64,000 bases of DNA. Source: Porphyridium purpureum. Its lineage: Eukaryota. Both the position numbers and the translations under genes were made by a program. This document shows, one piece after another, positions 41,645 to 52,900 of this stretch. The stretch's first letter is position 1. Every line of letters starts with the position of its first letter. The stretch spans positions 2,232,001-2,296,000 of the forward strand of contig VRMN01000003.1 in the NCBI GenBank assembly GCA_008690995.1, read 5' to 3'. The notes under the pieces are model-generated. The model ran no database searches, was not told the DNA's origin, and saw only the letters and a list, made by a program, of their open reading frames with translations.

Positions 41645-44427
41645 TCAGGCCATCCGGCCGGAAGAAATATTCCAGCGATTCTGCACACGCTGCGCACAAT
41701 CTGCGACGAGGTGCTTATCCACCAGCTGTAACCACGCAGCTCTGCTAAGCGCACGAAGGAAAGCCTGCACAACCAGTACCTGCTCCACTCGCGAAGAGAC
41801 CAGGTTTTTGGCTTCGACCAAAACGTCGCTGAGAGGCAGAAGCTCCTCGGGTTTACCTCGCCGCTGGCAATCTGGTATGTATTGGTACAGGCGACGCTCA
41901 TGCAGCGTACAGCCAAGTTGCATGATCCAACGCATGTATTCGCGCGCTTCCTTGTAGTTACCCGAATTGACAAATGCAGAGACGAGCACGTGCAATGGTT
42001 TGGATGGCGGCGTGATCTCCATCTCGCGATACTTGGCGCCGATCCAGCGCGCTTCTTCAGCTTCGCCGTGCGCACAGATGTACGCACCGCACTCCAGCAA
42101 GCCGGCGTCCACTTGAATGCTTTCCGAGTGCGGTGGTGAGCGCATAATCTTCCAGACCTCGAGTGCCGTCTTAGCCTTCTTGTTCCGCAGTAGGCCGTAC
42201 ATGACGCTTCGCATTGCGTCTGCGTCTGCGCCTCGGTACATGTCCAGACGCTGGCGGAATACCTGGAACATAAGGTCAGGCCTGTGGCAAGCCCCGTAAT
42301 GGCTGATCAATCCATTGTACGCACGCTCACTCAGCGTGTGACCCTGGCGCTCGATGAGGTTTCGCAACGACAGCACCACATTGACCTTCTGACACGTTCG
42401 CGCAAGTGGCAGCATTTGAAGAAGAGCGTATGAATTCAGCTCTGCACCGTCGCACCGCGCAACTTGCACCATGCGCACCGCGAATGCGAGCCGCCGACGC
42501 GGGTCGCTGTCTCGCTCGTACCGGGCAAGGCGCAGTAGAAAGTCGAGGGTCCAGTTGCTAAGCGGGACGCCAGATGCGGCGTTCAAAATGCGCTCAACAT
42601 CGCTCAGAGGGGTCCGTTTGAAGAGTGCCCGCTGAAGCTTGTCATTGAGAGCTCGAGTGGCATCCATACTATTCGTCAATTCCATATCTCCTGGAAGTAC
42701 TGTGAACCTTTCGTTGGCAGGTCCCAGATCGTCTGTGCTGCTGCTGTTCGTGTCATGAGTACGTGAGCGTGGGTGAAGTGAGAGCATCCTGGGGTCCATT
42801 CGCGCGTCGACCGGCGGCACAGGCCATGCTGCTGCGGCACGTGGGTTCAGTAATGCGCCGTCACCGACCAAGTTTCCAGATACCTTGATTCCGACGCTTT
42901 GGGTGTGTATCGCGCTGCCGAGCCGCCATGTGCGCAGGGGCCCCTCCCTGGTATCCTCAGTGCTGTAGCCTAGCAGGGCTTCCGGAAGCTTGGAGTTCTC
43001 TGAAAATTCTTCTCCTAGATCCCAATCAGTCAGCACGCGGCGAGCGCACTGCGCGGCTGCGTTCCCATTCAGATGCCGCTGCTTGATGCCAAGTTCAAGC
43101 GCCGAAAAAAAAAGCGGCCCATGGTGCGCGGCATGGCCTTTCGTGTCACACTCAAATGCTCAATAATATTGGTCTTGGACAGTGGGTCTGCGAGTTGCAA
43201 CAGCTCTGCCCAAGCGTGATGCCGTACGCACCTATCAACAAACTGGATAATCTCTCGCTGGTGTAGTACATAATTGAGGTGCACAGTCCACTCCATAGTG
43301 CGTAGAGCCTCGGCCATCCAGCCATCGTGCACAAATGCTGCCGTCAGCAGACTTAGCTCGCGAGAGGGCGGCTCAAGTCCGAGTGCTTTGTATTGACTCG
43401 TAATCCAAAGCACGCCTTCAGCCTTGCCTTGTCCACGCGCGCAAATCCATGCACCGCTGCTCAGAATGGCAGAATCTACCACCACTTGACGCGAGAACGG
43501 CGGCTCACGCATGATACTCCAGACGTGCCATGCAGTATCATACAGCTTGAACTTGAGAAATCCATTTAGAAACCGCGCAAAAGTGTCGACGTCCAGCGTC
43601 GCAGGCTGGACGCGAACCATTTCATCAAACAGTTCAAACAGCATGTCCGGCCGCTTGCACGACACAAAATGTATCACAAGGCCGCGATATCCGATGGCGT
43701 CAACGGGATACCGTTGAATCGACTCGATTCGTCTCTTTACGATCCAAGCGACTGTGCTTTTCGTGCATGGCCGGGCCAGCGCGAGAATGTGCGTCAGTAC
43801 ATGTGAGTCGAGCGGCACTTGGTCACTTGACGCTCGCCTGAGTACCCCTACCGCAAATTTCAGCGCGTGTCGAGCTCTGGCGTTGGCTGAAAACTCCGCG
43901 CTGATTTCTTTTTTCTCGTCACTCAGGTTACCATCGTCCTTGACCTCAACTTGTCTCGCGATGCGCAAGCAAATATCGACTGTGCGCGCATCAAACGGCG
44001 CGTAGCGGTGGTGCCGGACAATTTGCTCCGCGTCATCTAGGCCAGCCTGGTCATCGAGCGCGGCTCGCAGCTGCTCGTTGAGCTCACGCGCGGTCACGAT
44101 AAAGGTTGCGCGGAACAAGCGCTCGCGCTCGCTACGTCCACCTGCAACGCGATTGTCCTCGCCTTCGTCTCCTAGCGGCCTCCTGCGATCCACCTTTCCG
44201 CTGCGTTGCTGCGAGCGAAGTGACGAGCTTGCTACGGATCGCGTCCGGATGCTTGTCTGAGCACAACGGGAGCATGCATGTCCCACCTGCTGCGGTGTTG
44301 ATGGGTACCCATGTGCATGAACAGTGCTGGTCCAGATTCGCAGCGCCCGCAGACTCGTACGCGGTGCGTGCCGGGCCAGCACGCAAAGCGCCAATCATCT
44401 GACGCTTTGCAATGCAGAACGTAACAT
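41645..44427 (-). pseudogene. Two-module PPR-like gene with a nonsense codon and a homopolymer frameshift (joins ORFs 43069-44394 and 41645-43036)
   Basis: ATG at 44427 reads MLRSALQSVR*LAL (TGA at 44395-44397 where the paralog has TGG). A frameshift at the A9 run 43105-43113 restores ...FFSALELGIKQRHLNGNAAAQCARRV, collinear with the paralogs. PPR-like YNGLISHYGACHRPDLMFQVF. Confidence 0.75.
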
Positions 44428-45058
44428 CGACACCAACGACCTCCTTGTTGCCGAACCGCGAACTCGGCATGGTGCAAGTCTGACCGCGACGATGGTGATT
44501 GTCCTTCCAGATGATTTCAGAACGTCAAGGCGACATGCGTTCCCTCCGTTTGGGTGAGTGATGTGATCATGCGCTGAAGCTCCCCGCGGGCTAGGAGCGG
44601 CACACGACTGGAGAAGGCGAGAAGCGGCAAAAAGGCTGTGCGCTTCTGCCGAGCGGAGGCCTCTACGAGCGAGTGCTCAGCGCCGGGAAGAGGAGTGTCC
44701 CTTGAGGATTGACCCATGCTGGCGCGCCGTCCGCGCAACAAGGTGCAGCGTGCGTCGTTTCCACGATCCCTGGCATCGTGCGGAGCTAATTCGTAGCGGC
44801 GCAAGTTTGTGTCCCGCAACGATTTGGCCATACTGTACTATGAGGACACGCGGTTTCACATTGAAGCAGGCCGAATTCTTGAGCAAAAATGGTGCTTTGG
44901 AAGCAAAGTTACATTGTGAAGGTAGAGCCACGATCCAACGGCGTTGAAACCACGCACACGCGGCTCGTTTAAAGGAAGCAGGCCGCAGCTCTTCGCTGCC
45001 CGATCTGCTGCTCGGCCGGCGCGAGATCGCAGAGAGAAGCGCAAGACAAGGAGACGAA

Positions 45059-46516
45059 ATGTTCCAAAATTTTGGTGGGGTTGCAGCCGCGATGCTGCTG
45101 GTGCTCGGCGCGGTGATGTCGGCACCAGCGGAGCGCCGTCCGAGCGAGTCCGCGACACGTTCGCAATGGAACTCATTTGACCTTCTCGAGGCAGTGGAGA
45201 AAGACCCTAACGTGGGCAACAGCGTCCAGACACAAAGCGCGAAAGTGACTGTCCCATTTTTCATGTATGAGCCTGACCACTTTCTGGCATATGCAAAGTG
45301 CTCAAAAGCGATCTTGGATCCTAAACATTCAATTGATGTGTTGTTTGTGGAGAGGCTTCAGAATCATCCATGGAGGACACGCCAGCCACAGGATGCCGAG
45401 TTGTTTGTCGTGCCCGTGCTACTCAGCGCCCTTGCTCTCGACAATTGCAGTGTGAGCGCGACAAAGAGCCTTAACCAAATGAATCAGTACCTGGGAAACA
45501 GTTCTTGGTACTCCAGATACGAAGGCCGCGATCATCTCGTTCTCATGAGCCACTGGAAGAAGCGGTATGCCATTCTCAAATATCTCGGGCGCAGAATGAA
45601 AATCGGCTCGTATACCCGCGACAGAATGCAAGCCTATCGAAATGTTTTTGTCGTCGGGTTCTTGGACAACTACGCGGCGATGACGGCAGAGAGTCGGAAC
45701 GCTGACGGATACTTTTCAGAGTGGAATTATGCGAACAGTGCGAAATTGCCGCGGGATTTGGTGGTCCGGTGGATGGGTAAAAACAGATTTTTTCATGGAA
45801 GTGTGGTACTTCCGCGGCTTAATCGAAGAGCTCTTTTTACAAAGCGCGACGCAGACACTAGTCAGGTATATAATGATGTATTCTTGAGCGTCAGATTGCA
45901 TAATCCAGAATCGCGGAGTCAATTTCCCGAAATTCCGGACTGCAATGTGACTGAATTTGAAACGTATTCAAATCTCTACGAATCCATGGCTTTGGTAGGA
46001 AGCAGTCCGCCAATTCCGAGCTGGACCGCAGATCGATGTCTTCAGCCGTTCGAATTTTCCAGGTTGGTTGCCCATCGCATCACAGAACGTTCGCACTTTT
46101 CGTTCCTTCTGGCGGGAGATAACCCGGAAAGTGATACGCTCTATAACGCAATAGCCGCTCGCTCCATTCCGGTTCTTTTCGTCGAAGATGAAAAGCAAGA
46201 CTTATTGTACGAGTGCATGGTTCATTTTGATTTCCCTTGGAAGGATATCGCGCTCGTGTTCAGTGGTCCTGAGTTTCGCGAGGATCCGATGCGCGTTATT
46301 CGATATTTGCGCGCCATGGTTCAAAACGAGCCTGAGGACCTCGCGCGACGGGTCAAACTCATTGAAGCTCATGGCCGCGACATCTTGTGGTCGGAGCCGA
46401 ACTCGCGCGTCCACGAAAGCATTTTGATTGATGCGTGGAAACTGTCCAAAGGCAATCTACCCAGACGTATAGAACCACCAAAAATGCGCAGCTTAAGCCA
46501 GGCGCAGTCGCTCTGA
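45059..46516 (+). CDS. Exostosin-family (GT47) glycosyltransferase, paralog 2
   Basis: Same motifs as 34704-36194 with long identical peptide blocks; intact 485-aa ORF. Confidence 0.88.
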   Translation: MFQNFGGVAAAMLLVLGAVMSAPAERRPSESATRSQWNSFDLLEAVEKDPNVGNSVQTQSAKVTVPFFMYEPDHFLAYAKCSKAILDPKHSIDVLFVERLQNHPWRTRQPQDAELFVVPVLLSALALDNCSVSATKSLNQMNQYLGNSSWYSRYEGRDHLVLMSHWKKRYAILKYLGRRMKIGSYTRDRMQAYRNVFVVGFLDNYAAMTAESRNADGYFSEWNYANSAKLPRDLVVRWMGKNRFFHGSVVLPRLNRRALFTKRDADTSQVYNDVFLSVRLHNPESRSQFPEIPDCNVTEFETYSNLYESMALVGSSPPIPSWTADRCLQPFEFSRLVAHRITERSHFSFLLAGDNPESDTLYNAIAARSIPVLFVEDEKQDLLYECMVHFDFPWKDIALVFSGPEFREDPMRVIRYLRAMVQNEPEDLARRVKLIEAHGRDILWSEPNSRVHESILIDAWKLSKGNLPRRIEPPKMRSLSQAQSL

Positions 46517-47834
46517 GCAAGGATTCGCATATCGTGCGTGACGCCACTGAGTCGTAACAGGCTGCAACCCTGAGGTAAGAAGCCCGACGTTCTGTCCAAT
46601 GTGCGCAGGTCCGCATGTATCAATGATTGGCGCTCTGAAATGATGCGGAGCTCCTCAAGCCACACGAGCCGAGTCGGTTGCTTTCATGGTGAAAATGCGC
46701 GGCTGGATGACGCTTTGAAGTCAGACACATTTCCTGCAGTTCGCGAGCTGATTTTACCGTTCGGACGGTACCGCATTCTGCGTAAATCACATCTGCGCCG
46801 CAAGTGAGCAGCCCGTTGCAATCACATGCGCCCTTGCCCTCACAAGACTTGTTACAGCATAGCGGGGCCAGCGCGCGCTGGCGAATAGCGCGGGATGGAC
46901 ACTGGTTTGGCTTTCTCGCGCACTGATCAAGTGCGCTGTAGGTTGTTGGATAGTTCCTATAATCGTAGGGTACATTATTTGCCACTGCAATGAGTACGAA
47001 CGAGTCGCAACCGATTCCCACGCCAAACAGTGTACGTTCTAGTCGCACCTTGAACACTTCCGCTGGGACGTGATGTCTGGGATTGCGAACAACCAGAAAG
47101 GCGACGCATGCTGGACTCTGTTCAAGGATGGCTCGAGTTTGCGCCTTTTAGTGGGTTCAGTGATAAAGTTTCGCTGACTGCAACCCTGGCTTTGTTGCTC
47201 GACGATGCTCATGGGCACATTGCCATCGGCTGGTCAGCTAGCGCCGCTGCGGCTTGACCCGCTCGCTCACGATTCACGGAATATTCGGGAAGGCGAATCG
47301 CAGGCGCGAGTTTGCGATGAGTTCCACAACGGGATGAATCAGATGTTACAGGACACCAAAAGCCTGTCGGCGTTCGCTTCGCCTGGATTCGAACGCAAGT
47401 CACAGTCCGCCAAGATCAGGTTAATATTCCAGGACAAGGCCACTCAGCGTTGGCCGTATTCGGCGCCACGCAAGCGCTCAATATTCGCGCGGAGCGCAAT
47501 CCGCTGATACAGGGTAGCTCACGATCACGCGCTGTCGAACGCGCGCATCTCGCTGACTTTCGGGTCCACTCGCGCCTCGCTGGCCAGGGCGAGTGTGACT
47601 TGACGGTGCAGATACTGTGCTTAAGAAATGAATGGAATCAGCACATGGTCGCACAGTCCATCGATACCCCACGCATTCGAGATGAGCGAGCCAAAGATAT
47701 CCTCTTCTGCGCATCTCGCGCCCGCGCTAGCTGGACAGAATAGATCCTGCCGATACTCCCATGCTGGTTACCCAATGGGTTAACTCACACGGAGAGCGCA
47801 GCGCGCGCGGTGCGCGCATCCTGATGCGGCTGTC

Positions 47835-49949
47835 ATGCCGTGGCCAGTGACATGGGTGAGTCGGGCATCAGCAGGCGCGCGGTGGAGGCAGTGTCTGCTG
47901 CGCTTGCCCTGCTGGCGACGCAGCGGCGAGCGAGGTCCGCGCGCGGCGGGCGGTTCGCTCCTTGATGTCCCCGGCTGTTTGCATGCGCGAATGTGCGTGA
48001 TGAGCGTGAGACACTGCTCGACGACCCAGGATGTAGCTGCGCCGCCGCCTTCAAAGCGCGTGTCCCGGCGTGAGACGCATCCGCTTACGCTCATCCTCAT
48101 CGACAGGCTGAAGAGCGGCTTTGCGAAAAACAAGAATGAGCGCATCGAGGATCGCTTTGCGCGATGCTTGAAAGTGGCTCACAATGCGCCACTGGACAGG
48201 CGCGCGCTCGATTTGGTCCTGCTGATGGCCGAAAAAGCCGAGAACCGCTCGTTTCGTGCCAGGCTCCGCTTTGCCGTGAGGATGCTGCAAAAGGCGCGGC
48301 GAGATCGGCTGAGGATCCTCGCTCGCCACGCCAAGGAAGGAACAAAAAAATTTCAAGGCGAGCGACTGCCACAAATTTACTCGAACAGCTTGCGGCGCCT
48401 GTACAAGCTGGCAGAGCCTCTGCGCAAAGTCAATGTGATCCTGGCGATCAAGAGGTACATTGAACAGCAAGAAGGAAAATCTCTCGACGCGGATGCGTAC
48501 CATCTCTTGATCGGCCATTTCGCAGCTTGCGATCGGCTCGATCTGGTGGAAATCGGTCTGCACGAGGCGTTGCGCGTTTGCAGAACTGTAAGTGCCGCCA
48601 CTTTCGCCCTCATCCTGCGCAACTTCTTGAACAGACAAGCGAAGGATAGAAACCATGACGCCGCCGAGCATGTGTGGAAGATGCTGCGCGCGCCCCCGTT
48701 TTCAGAATGCGTGAAGCTTGATGCGGACCTTATCAGATGCGGGGCATGGGTGTTCTGCTTTCGTGACGTGGATGACGCCGACGAGGCGAACTGGATTGCG
48801 GACAAGTTTCGTGAACTGCGCGTTCCGCCGCACATTGATACGCTCCATGTTCTCGTGTCAGCGCTGATCCGCGGCGGGAACTTCAACGCAGCGTGCATGC
48901 AAATGCTGCACATGATACGGCTGGAGTACAAGGTGGAGTGTAAACAAATGTACGAATACATGGGCGCCTGCATGAGGCGGGAAAGGCCGGAAGAGCTGGT
49001 GCGACTTGCCCACGTTTTGATGAACTTTAAACGCCGCCGGTCCCAGAACGACGAAAAGGCGGCGGTTGTGCGTGCATATCTCGAGACGCTGTACCGCGCA
49101 GGTCTTCAAGATCGTTTAGATGTTCACCCGGCCGCGTCGTGTGCACAGCGCGTGTTTACATTCCATCAAATGAACGATAACCGTTCGGCTAGTTTTGTGG
49201 TATACTTGCTGGCTCGGGCCGGCAAGCTGGACCCTGCAAACTTTGATGCTGCGCTGCGTTTGGCTGATGAAATGCATCGTAAGCGATACCCGGCTGCCGA
49301 GCGCGTACTGTTTACTCATGCTTACGAGGCGCTTCTTGAACGATGCATACATTTAGGTCGCCAGGAATCAATTTTGACACTTGCGATGGTCAACGGCGAG
49401 TCTGGCGGGGAAGATGATGCGGCTGCAGAGGTTTCGCGGCTGGTGGGACTTAAATTTATGTATGCCGCGAGCAAGCTTGGCAGACTCGATTTCTGCACAT
49501 TGCTTTACAACACGTGGTGCGCTTCACCCACGACACGAAGTCCTGATGTGCCGAGTGCATACATGTACGTGCTTGGTTTGGCTTCGCGGCCTCAAGAGGC
49601 TTTGGAGGTATTTCGAAAACTACAAGCGCGTCACGGAACGGTTCTGGATTCCCGAATGACGTACATTCCACTCGCATTAGTGGTACTCAAGAATGGTATG
49701 AATGGCTCGCTGTCCCGAGAGGTCGTTGCCGAGATGATGGGGTACATTGAAGCGCATCTGAGTCGACGACCCGATCAAGACGCCACGATACCTCGCCATG
49801 ATCAAGCCGTAGAATCTGGGGGAATCGAGACCAGTGCCTCGGCTGTCTCCCTTGGTTCGATTGACGCTAAGGCCGAACGGGACGATGAGAAACTCAGGAC
49901 ATTGGCAAATGACATCCAGGCTTTTCTCGCGAGTGCGGAGAGTCCATGA
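47835..49949 (+). CDS. PPR-like helical repeat protein, probably mitochondrion-targeted; intact member of the local family
   Basis: Arg-rich presequence-like N-terminus. PPR-like units DAYHLLIGHFAACDRLD, TLHVLVSALIRGGNF and SAYMYVLGLASRPQEALEVF. Shares KMLRAPPFSECV with the disrupted copies. Confidence 0.75.
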   Translation: MPWPVTWVSRASAGARWRQCLLRLPCWRRSGERGPRAAGGSLLDVPGCLHARMCVMSVRHCSTTQDVAAPPPSKRVSRRETHPLTLILIDRLKSGFAKNKNERIEDRFARCLKVAHNAPLDRRALDLVLLMAEKAENRSFRARLRFAVRMLQKARRDRLRILARHAKEGTKKFQGERLPQIYSNSLRRLYKLAEPLRKVNVILAIKRYIEQQEGKSLDADAYHLLIGHFAACDRLDLVEIGLHEALRVCRTVSAATFALILRNFLNRQAKDRNHDAAEHVWKMLRAPPFSECVKLDADLIRCGAWVFCFRDVDDADEANWIADKFRELRVPPHIDTLHVLVSALIRGGNFNAACMQMLHMIRLEYKVECKQMYEYMGACMRRERPEELVRLAHVLMNFKRRRSQNDEKAAVVRAYLETLYRAGLQDRLDVHPAASCAQRVFTFHQMNDNRSASFVVYLLARAGKLDPANFDAALRLADEMHRKRYPAAERVLFTHAYEALLERCIHLGRQESILTLAMVNGESGGEDDAAAEVSRLVGLKFMYAASKLGRLDFCTLLYNTWCASPTTRSPDVPSAYMYVLGLASRPQEALEVFRKLQARHGTVLDSRMTYIPLALVVLKNGMNGSLSREVVAEMMGYIEAHLSRRPDQDATIPRHDQAVESGGIETSASAVSLGSIDAKAERDDEKLRTLANDIQAFLASAESP

Positions 49950-52900
49950 GCGCGAGAATGGCGACCGTGTTGTTGGAAAGACAAGCTCAAAACTCGTGAT
50001 CAACCCCAGCTTCGTGGGCCAGTGCGTAAGGAACCGAGGAGACCACCGGCCTTCCAGAATAACGCGAGAAGCAGCAAGACCCGCTGAGCTTCTTGTCAAA
50101 TCCGCGTTTTCTTGGTGGATCCTCCTCTGCATGGCTAAGCATGAAAATGTTTGCTCCAAGTTGTGCGGTCTTTGCGAGCGCACGTCAGCCGGCAGCTCAT
50201 TTTGCTCCCCCTCAGGAAGTGCATACCATCGGGGATGTCCCGAAGCGCCTACAGGATCGAGCGTTGAGTCATACGAGACGAGATTATGCGCATAGGTACG
50301 GCACGTTGGTCACTGGCCAAGTCGATCATTTGCGGCGCGCCCATGAGCATATGTGCTGCAGTTCGTGGATGCTGGCGTTCTCAAAATGGACTGCAGACGC
50401 GACCATGATCTCGCATGTGTACGGCGTCGGTCAGAGCGGCTCCCAAGCTCGCTGCTAAAGAAAATCTGACTGATGCTATACCAAGGGCTTTTCTTCGCAC
50501 ACGGGCGCGGCGGCCAAGCCCCCTTTGACGATGCGCTGTGTAAAGCTGCAGTACATGCGCGTTAGTCTGTTGCGAGGCAAGGCCAGCGCAGCCAAGACGC
50601 TGTCCCGCGTCATGGTGCCTGTCGTTGCGGTCGCCGTGGCGACCATGCTGATGGCTCAAATACTTGCGTTCGCCTCTGTGTTTCTCTTTCTGCATGGTAA
50701 GGGTCGGCGATGGCTCTGTATCTTCTGCTGACGCTGTCCATGACAGTTTCCCAGGCGTTCTTTGACACTCTGGAGCTTGAGTTTCTTTCTCGACTACTTC
50801 GCGTTTCTTGGCATCGATGTCAGGCAGCTTCAGAACGAAGGTCAGAATTAGACAAGGCTACGTGCTCGGCTTCTCGCGCATGGAAGAATGCTGTGCATAC
50901 GGTGTCAGCTACAACTCGATCGTCATCGTGGACGAACGGCGGCCTTTTCCTGGCTGCGAGATGAGGACGCGGAGCTTTGTCTTTTCTGCAGGGTCCAGCA
51001 ATCGCAACGTCTGTGTTTGACGGACCACATCGACCATCCAAGAGCACGCACCAATTCAGGAGGCAAGTGACGTTGACTACTCTACGTACTTGGTTGCTTC
51101 GCGCACCCAGGCTCTTCGCCAAAGATCGCTGATTTGTCAAATCTACGGTAGTGCTCGAAAGACAAACTACGTATTTGCGCTGGAATACGCTACGCTTCGC
51201 AGCTGCCTCTTTCACGGTTTGCGGAGCTTGAGAATCGGAACCTGGCGCTTCGTCAAACATGTGACCCGGCGCGGGCAAAGCTGTATGGCAAAGCTTTGAA
51301 GTTTTCCGTGGCCGAGAACCAGCGTTAATGACAAATGCGAAAGACGCGCGTACGGTGCCGAGCTGGTGCTCTGCGGTTTTGCTTTGGTTCGTGGCTCCTG
51401 GCACAATTTTAGCAGGAGCGAGGTGCTGCATGAATATAAGATCTGCAGCACGCGATGCTCGCAAAACAAACTGGCCAAAATACGAGCGCAGCAAAACTGT
51501 CAGAAGTGGTGACCCAGTTGCGAGATGCACGATGTGAGCGTTGCCCTAAGCAACGAGTCGAGCACCTTGACGGAGCTCTAGTCATTCTACCGCGCAGGCA
51601 AGTACACGTTGCTTGCAGACGCAAAGAAACTGCGGCAGCAAAGTTTGGGATGTCCGCCGCTCTCGTGTGACAACAGCAAGCGATTGTCCAAAAGACCTCT
51701 AGCACAAGTGCTATGTCTGTCATAGACATGAAGAGCCGCAATCCATGAATATCTGAGCATGATCAGTCGGCTCCATGTACGAGCGTGCTTGAGTATGGCC
51801 GGGACGAGAAAGTCACAGAAGGCAGCGTGCAGAACATGACAGCCGGTTCGTACGCCATCCATTCGGCTTCATCGGCATTGACGGCATCGGCCAGGATGTT
51901 ATGAAAAGCCCTGCCGCAAAAGCTCAGAGAACAAGTAGACGAATGTCGCTGAGCGCATGCGCCTCGAGAATGCTTCATCTGGTGTGAATTGCTCGCGACC
52001 GGCTGGCGGCAAGCACGCCGCGAAATCGTGCCCTTCTCACTCGTGCTGAGGAGCCCAAAACCATTGCTCTTCGCAATCGCGAAACATTGAGGATGCTCCA
52101 GAAGACGGTTTACTGGGTGGATCTTTTCCCAGCTACGAGTGTACCTCAGCCTCGCGAACGTCCGTCCATTTCGTACAGATACATCATTTTGTGCGAAATT
52201 CGTGATTTTGTAAACGCCTCAACTCCTAGACCATGAACGTGTTTGGCGCAAATGGCATTCATTCTAGGTATGAAGGGGATGGTCACATAGATAGAGTCAG
52301 TCTCCGGGCGACGATACGAGAATCTACGTTGCAGAGGGCCACGCAAAGAACGCGCTGGTTTTCTTTGCATCTCATGGTTATCTCCAGCTAGACACCAGGT
52401 TTATCCCTCTTTCTCCATTCTTTTCTATCTTCCGCATCAGTCTGCGACGGGTACAATCATATCCCTAATCCGCTTCCGAAGGCCGTAGAGTCGTGAAGTA
52501 ATGAACCATGACAACAAGAAAGGTAAGGATTTAAAAAAGCAAGAATATTGCATCTACATAACCAAACGAGCCTAGCAATTGTATTCAACGAGGCTCTTCA
52601 TGGCTAGCATTCTCCTCCATCAGGAGCGGGCTTTATACACGGAAGTAACCAAATGGCCATTCGTTTCGAATATTTCGCTGAAAGACGACCGTTGAGTGAC
52701 TCAAGCGCAGATCCTTGCATAGGTCGATGGAACACTTGAGGTCGTGTTTAGTAGCTGCGCGGTCACACAAATCGTCTCGTGTCATGCACCAGGGCTCCGC
52801 ACGTATCGCAATAAGGTTCTGGGCTTTGTGCTGATAGCTTTATTCCTGAAGGTCGATCTTGCATGCATTAGCAAGGATCCGCTCGGCAAACGTTTGTGCG

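Noticed and set aside
46620..47057. 145-aa Cys-rich minus-strand ORF
   Set aside because: No ATG start, no clear signal peptide, and its 3' part overlaps duplicated non-coding flank.
47205..47743. Faint Tc1/mariner-like words (LIFQDKA, RWPYSAP, NEW)
   Set aside because: The spacing is wrong for a DDE domain and no terminal inverted repeats were seen.
50460..52000. Possible decayed type II membrane enzyme gene
   Set aside because: A hydrophobic segment is present, but frames are broken and no family motif was recognisable.
52146..52700. Penelope-like fragments (LVTSVYK, YVTIPF)
   Set aside because: No RT core or GIY-YIG motif nearby; likely chance.
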